From: Phoronis australis
Taxonomy: Eukaryota > Animalia > Phoronida
Assembly: GCA_002633005.1 (NCBI GenBank)
Contig: NMRA01000659.1
Span: forward strand, 124,001-188,000
Direction of reading: 5' to 3'
DNA: 64,000 nt
The notes below the pieces were generated by a model. The model was given only the letters and a program-made list of their open reading frames with translations, had not been told where the DNA came from and did no database searches. Positions within the stretch are counted from its first letter, which is position 1, and every line of letters starts with the position of its first letter. This document shows positions 58,100-64,000 of this stretch, one piece after another. The position numbers and the translations under genes were made by a program.

Positions 58100-58900
58100 A
58101 GGTGGAAAGGTCATCTCATTTTAAAATATCATTTCTGCTACATTTTTCAATTAATTCATTTCAATTTCAGAGTACAGGTGTAAGTCTATATGCCAATCAA
58201 ATGCATTTACTTTTCTAAGTAATCGGGTCACCCAAACAGATAAAATAAGTCAAAGGTCATTGAGTGCAAACTAAATTTTGAACTATGCACTTGAGTTCTA
58301 ATTCTGAAGCTTCAGGTCATTTTGTGCAACCAAGGGGTCATTAAGTGCATTTTTCTTCAGAATTTTTTGCCTTGTCATTCAACATGTATTCTAATATGTC
58401 AACAGTTAGACAACTGTGATTGTCAGTATTAACCACACTTTTCATGGACTTTGCAATAATTCCACTACAAAGGCTTATAATGCACCAGATAGAATTAATT
58501 AGTGCAAAGGCCATCTAATTTCCAAAATGTTATTTGTCCTACCTACATTCTTAAAAGAATTCTCTTCAATTTCAGTTAACAGATGTAAATGTACGTGCCA
58601 ATCAAATACACTACTTTTCTAAGCAATCAAGTCACCCAATAAAATAGGTCAAAGGTCATTGAGTACACTTCAGATTTACACATGTGATTGGAACATGTAA
58701 TTGAATAACAATTCCAAAGTTTCAGGTCATTTGGTGCAACAAAGGTGCCATTAAGTACACTTTCCTTCTGAAACTTTGATCCTTCCATTCAACATGTTAG
58801 ACTACTTTGATTCTCAACATTAAGTACACTTTTCACCAACTCTACCACAATTCCCCTGCAAGTGCTCATAATACACCGAAAAGGGTCAAATACAACAAAG
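58100..58900. repeat. Diverged ~400-bp direct tandem duplication
   Basis: Blocks GCCAATCAAAT, GTCAAAGGTCATTGAGT, TTCAGGTCATTT.GTGCAAC and CATTCAACATGT occur twice ~400-420 bp apart. Confidence 0.75.
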
Positions 58901-59332
58901 GATACCTAATTTATTCAACATGTATCCTTTTTATACAATTTCTATTCTACTGTGCCAACAGTCAAACATTCGTTATACAGCATGATCCTCATTTTTACAT
59001 TCTTGTACAGTTCTGCTTTGGTGCACAAGCCACCAGAAAGGTAGTAAACTTTCCAAAGCCAGACTCGCGCAGAGTCATTATTTGTCACTTTCTAATAATA
59101 ATCATTCCAGTTTATATAGCTGTCATAGCTCTGACACAACATCATTTCAAAGACACCAGACTGCAGCAGCAGGACAACAAACTTAACTTCTGAAATAAAA
59201 TGCTGAAGCCCATAATTGAAACAAAATTAAGGTTCGGCTTTAGTCATTTCTTAAGTTTTTAGATAATATTTTAGTATCTTTTTTCATATGGCCTGCTGTA
59301 TTTTTATATGGTATGTCTGCAATAAAACATAT

Positions 59333-59378
59333 ATTCATTCATTCATTCATTTATTCATTCATTCATTCATTCATTCAT
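59333..59378. repeat. (ATTC)n microsatellite
   Basis: ~11 copies visible, one interrupted. Confidence 0.95.
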
Positions 59379-61191
59379 GTGAAATGATTAGATCAACATC
59401 TCATGTCGAATTTGATGGCTCCATTGTCAATGGAGTTGATGGAGATTTATATTTTTAAGTTATACATGATTTAATTCTGTTGGTCTTCCAACCATCACTT
59501 TCACAAAGTTAACTAGAGTACTTTTCTAACAGTTGAAATTGGGAATATTTCCACAATAATACAGCTGGACAGTTTCCGACACAACCTGTGAAAATGTGCT
59601 TGACAATCACATTTTGACGAAGTCAATGAAAACAACATGCTATCTAATACCTCCTGGAAATAGAAGAGTTCTATCATAGTGTAATCCGGGATGTCGCTAT
59701 TTGGGAACCTGCTTCTGCTTATTATGGACAGTGTATGAGTAGGAGTGCCTGCACACACCCACAAGACTAACACCAGGTGAGAGGTAACAACAAACGGAAC
59801 ATGGTGCATACAAAATCTTTCGCAATGGCTCATCCTGTTAATTAAGTTACCATCATCATATGGTAATTGAATGTTATATTACATTATACCTTGTTATATG
59901 GCGGTAAAACCCTTTATTTGTGTGGAAGGTACCCACTCTTAGATGTCTCTGTTTATCTTAGTAATACCTTATTTGGGCACGCTACATGTGATAATAGGCA
60001 ATTGCCCATTAGCGAGTGGCTCACAGAGGCTCATATGATTCACCAGAAGCCCGTCTACAACACCCCGCTCCCCAACTGAACAGTCGCCCTACCTGACGAC
60101 AGTGTCTGTAATAGTACTGTGGTTTGTACTCAGGAACTACACTTACCTTACATGGCACAATTAGAATGGTTTATTATATAAGTCTTGCCAAACTGTTCTA
60201 TGAAATGTGACTCATATGCATGTGGTCTTGTGTATTGCAAAAACATGTTGTTGTACAGTAGTTAGTCAGTCTGCAATAAAGTAGTGTTCAAGTATTAAGA
60301 TGTCTTCTTCACTCCTCTCTCCACATTAGACATAACAGTGTCCACTGAACACCAAATTGTCTTGCACGAAAGTCATCAACTTCACTTGATATCCTTACCG
60401 CGCCACAACACAGGAGAACACAAGGTTGTCTCTCTGCTGGTCCTTGACTCCTGGAACTTTTACCATCACCACACCGTGCACACCATCCGACATCCATAGG
60501 TACTAAGTTGGCAGAAGTTTTTCGGTATGATCATCTGTTTGCAGGCTACCCCAGTTATTAAGTAATAACAGTGGGATAATTTGACTAGGGAACCGAATTA
60601 GTGACCCCCATAAAACCAGCAAGCGTGCTAACCATTCAGCTAATACTATAGTATTTTTAGTATACTACTAGGCAATTGCCAGGCTTACTAAGTCAGAACT
60701 GCTGAGGCTGGTATTATTCATATAGGAAGCAACAATATAACAACATGAACAGCCTCCTAAGTCCCAAGGTGTCCCTCTGTGCTCACAAGGTACTTAATAG
60801 CAACTATTTTTGCGAAAATTGAAAAGCTTCCGTAGTATGGCGGTGATGATCACAGTCTGCCAGCTAAGCTGGCCTTAATATTATACTAGTATTATACTAT
60901 AATACTAATACTATTATAGTATACTATGATAGGGTAGGCCATCCAAAATCTGGGAGACTATCAAAAGTTCTTAGCCTTAGGGCCTTAGGTATTGAAGCGC
61001 AGCACCGAAAAAAGTGTGGGCTACAGCCTACAGCCCCCGTGATGCACAGCCCACCCCATATGGACCATGGGTACATATACTAGCCCCCAGGCCCAGCCCC
61101 TACGCTGCCCATGTTGTTAGATCATAACTCATACTTAGCCAGCTAGCTTTGTACCAAGGCTAACTCATACTCTACTCTAGTAGGCTAACTG

Positions 61192-61345
61192 AACAAATTC
61201 ATAGTAAGGATACTTGCTTTTAAGCGGCTTTCATCGGTGACCGGGCAAGTCTACGAAATAACCGCTCTCGGCTCACAAACCCGTCCAACCGGGACAACAC
61301 CGCGTCAAGCAACCACCTCAATAACTTTTTACTCTCGCGACATCT
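61192..61345 (-). promoter_or_regulatory. Probable FCSK promoter and non-coding first exon
   Basis: The ATG exon starts with a clear acceptor, so an upstream exon must exist. This locally GC/CpG-rich patch has a TCTCGCGACA palindrome-type motif (61333-61342) and a weak donor (AAGCAA|gtatcc) near 61193. Confidence 0.4.
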
Positions 61346-61364
61346 GGCGAGCTAGCGTGTGATG

Positions 61365-61553
61365 TAAATCCGAGGCGCGTATTAGCGCGGAGCGCAGGGA
61401 AGGTCGGGAGGGGGTTTTACCCTCCCCTGTAAGAATTTTTGTGGTTTTTAATTCCTGATTTCGTTTTTCTGGTGAAATTTTTTTCAATTTTCATTTTTGA
61501 CCCTGTCCCGAGGAAGGTTTGAACCCCCTGAAACCCCTGTAGATCCGCCTCTG
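61365..61553. mobile_element. MITE fragment ending GTAGATCCGCCTCTG
   Basis: The terminus resembles the CA.GGGCGGATC MITE end at 9322; internal GGGAGGGGG...CCCTCCC hairpin. Confidence 0.4.
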
Positions 61554-64000
61554 GATTCCGTACATGCTCCCGACCACCTTGACGAGAATTCTACAGTTAC
61601 AACCAGTGGCAACTGTTATTCTTTTGTTGATGTGTTATGTACCAATTACCTAATTTTTGTAGCCAATAAAAACTATTGCATAAGTCATGCCGAACGGTTT
61701 AGAATTATTTCAAGGTAACTTTTCGGTTCCGGACACAAGTTTTGACGGAGCGTGTAAGTCACCAATGAAGAAACCGTTGTTGCAATGGTAGAGTGTCGAA
61801 CCGCCAGGTTCACTTAACTAAGCGTTCACAGTACAACTCAGGTCAGTCACGACAACAATGCAGCTAGGGTACTGCCATGCTCGTTAATTGAATAGTGACA
61901 CGGCATGGAAATTGTTTTCAAAGGGGGGTGTTCCTGATATCAACTTTTTTTAGGAAAACCAATCACCTATGGATACGAAATGCAGTTTTTAATCTCCACT
62001 TCATTCATTTAACAAAAAAGAGTGAAACAGTGACTTCAATTGACGTATCGCAAGCTCCGCCCCCTTACGAAAAGACCAAAAACGTCGAATTAACCAGACC
62101 CACTGATGATAGTCTGACAAACCGTTGAAACTGAAATCGAATGACCTAACTTACATTGGCAATTTATGGCCATATAACGTTTTGTTGTGGTGATGGACCG
62201 TTCGGAGTAGGCAGGCGGGTTACTACGGACGGTCAGAAACCGCAAGTCCTTCCGTTCGATTATTCTTTATTGCTCTTCAATCTGACTGCGGCGCCTAAGA
62301 TAAGAGTTTCCTGAAGAATTAAGACGACGTCTGATTTCATCTTTCTCCCTTTTTGTCGACGGAAACAGAGTTCATATTTGAATTCCTCATAAAAATCGGA
62401 GTATATGCCCTTTTTTCTCACAAAAAAATCGGTCAAGTTTTGTGGGAGATAGCTGTAAGCGATTTGGATCAGATGATTTCATTGTCTATCCGGTATTACT
62501 AAACGCGTCGCTATTTGTGAAATAAATACTTTTCAAATGTCATGAACTGGTAATTCACCAACAAAGGTACATATTGAAGTCTGCGGGGAGATTAATTTTA
62601 GTCAAATTTGAGCGAAAACAACAAATGCTATGATTTGTTTTGTAACTCAACAACGGTCTACAATTCGCGCAGTGAACTCAGTGGTTAGCCTCCGGTTTCT
62701 ACTCGTGTGTGCAGATGCGCGTTATCTATAACATAAAGGAAAGTTCACATGAAGTCCGTCGCTCCACTACAGACCTTCGTTGCGCCCATTTCGTCATCGC
62801 CAGCTTTGTCCCAGGTAGTGCACCTCGCCTTTAATTAGTGTCGAAGTGTTTTAGTCTTTTTTCGGGGACGCGGGGGGAGGCTGGCTGGTTCCCTACTGGC
62901 CTTTAGCACTAGTAAAGTCAGTCGGTCGGCTAAATGGCCTGGGTGACGTCAGTTCGTCGGATTTCACTCCCTTCAGCATCCATTGCGTAATATATACATA
63001 TGTGCTTCTTCGGACCTGTCGCCGCCAAACTTGATTCTCGTTTTCGCGGTAATTATCGCCTAAATTTCGCCACATTCCGCCTCTGTTTTGTTTTGTAATC
63101 ATTCGCCGGTATTTCGTCACACCAAAACCATTGCACTCTTCGATCGTTGTCTTTTTATTTCTTTCTACGTGATGTTACGCGGACACACCCGAATAGTTAC
63201 AAAACAGTGAGAAACAACATGACCGCCGGCCCTCCAAATCGGACCGACTCACCACAAAACAGGACCTACGGGGATCAAATGGGACCGCAGGACCAGAAAA
63301 TCAGACCAGATAAAATGTAGTTATCAATACCTGTGGGTTATGACTAACCGGTCATACAGCTAGCTGTATAAAGACAATCGCCAAAATACAGCTGGTACAT
63401 GTAGGTAGCACTGTGTGTTGAGTTGCGTAAGACCCCGAAATTTCCCACAGCCCGGGTGGTTCTGCTCGTCACCTCGTCGTGAAACTTTCAACATGTAAAG
63501 TTAACAACCGGCAGATGCAAAATCTGTGAGTCAACCAAAACTCACCATGCCCGTTGCAGCCGCTTGAGTGAAAAACAATGTAATAAACGTCATTTTCTTG
63601 CATAATTAATTCTTTGCCTTTTGTAACAAAGAAAGGCCTGTCGCGGTCATGACACGCGCACGCGCCATTTCCTAAAATTTTGCAACATCTTTCGGAAGAT
63701 TTTGACAGCTTCGCAGCAAAATTTGTTCTAAAATTCGGTCTGCTGGCATTAAAATGCTAAAAACATGTAACGAAATGAAACCAGTTCCCACGGACAATTT
63801 GTTGTACGCAGCTCCGTGGAAGAGAAGAACAGTTGATTGAAGAACGGCAAAAAACTGGCCAACGAAAGCTGACCCAAAAGACCGCATCACAATTTTAACA
63901 GCAGAATAACGGCAGAACGACAATTTTTGGCAAGCTCAGATAAACAATTTAGTTTACTCAAGGAGGAGTGTCATCAATAACACTAATTTTGTGAAAATTT

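Noticed and set aside
60305-60430. Possible hAT transposase C-terminal relic (LSTLDITVSTEHQIVL)
   Set aside because: Similarity is too weak and frameshifted to support by eye.
60790-60870. WQTVIIT-like peptide resembling the FCSK N-terminus
   Set aside because: No usable ATG or donor in the right phase; the true first coding exon at 52060-52144 fits far better.

Overview
AT-rich eukaryotic (invertebrate animal-like) genomic DNA. One host gene dominates: a minus-strand L-fucose kinase (FCSK/FUK). I reconstructed it by hand as 27 GT-AG coding exons (ATG at 52144, TGA at 10756-10758; 3297 nt, 1098 aa, all phases consistent), with a probable non-coding first exon and promoter near 61.2-61.35 kb. 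Introns and flanks are full of mobile DNA. These include an internally deleted Kolobok transposon (TTAA TSD, 158-bp TIRs, convergent THAP-transposase and KolX-like ORFs), two families of Helentron-type non-autonomous elements (HINE/DINE-1-like) with central tandem arrays, two Penelope-like fragments with hammerhead-like motifs, a CR1/L2 relic, tRNA-derived SINEs, MITEs and minisatellites. Best leads: (1) an in-frame cryptic acceptor that could splice FCSK onto the Kolobok THAP ORF; (2) two independent tandem arrays that duplicate FCSK splice acceptors, where every extra acceptor reads into a stop codon; (3) a ~4.6-kb head-to-head HINE inverted repeat in the presumed first intron. Exon 17 appears twice across an N, probably an assembly artefact. 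Most ORFs in the supplied track are spurious. Family assignments are by eye, not from database searches.
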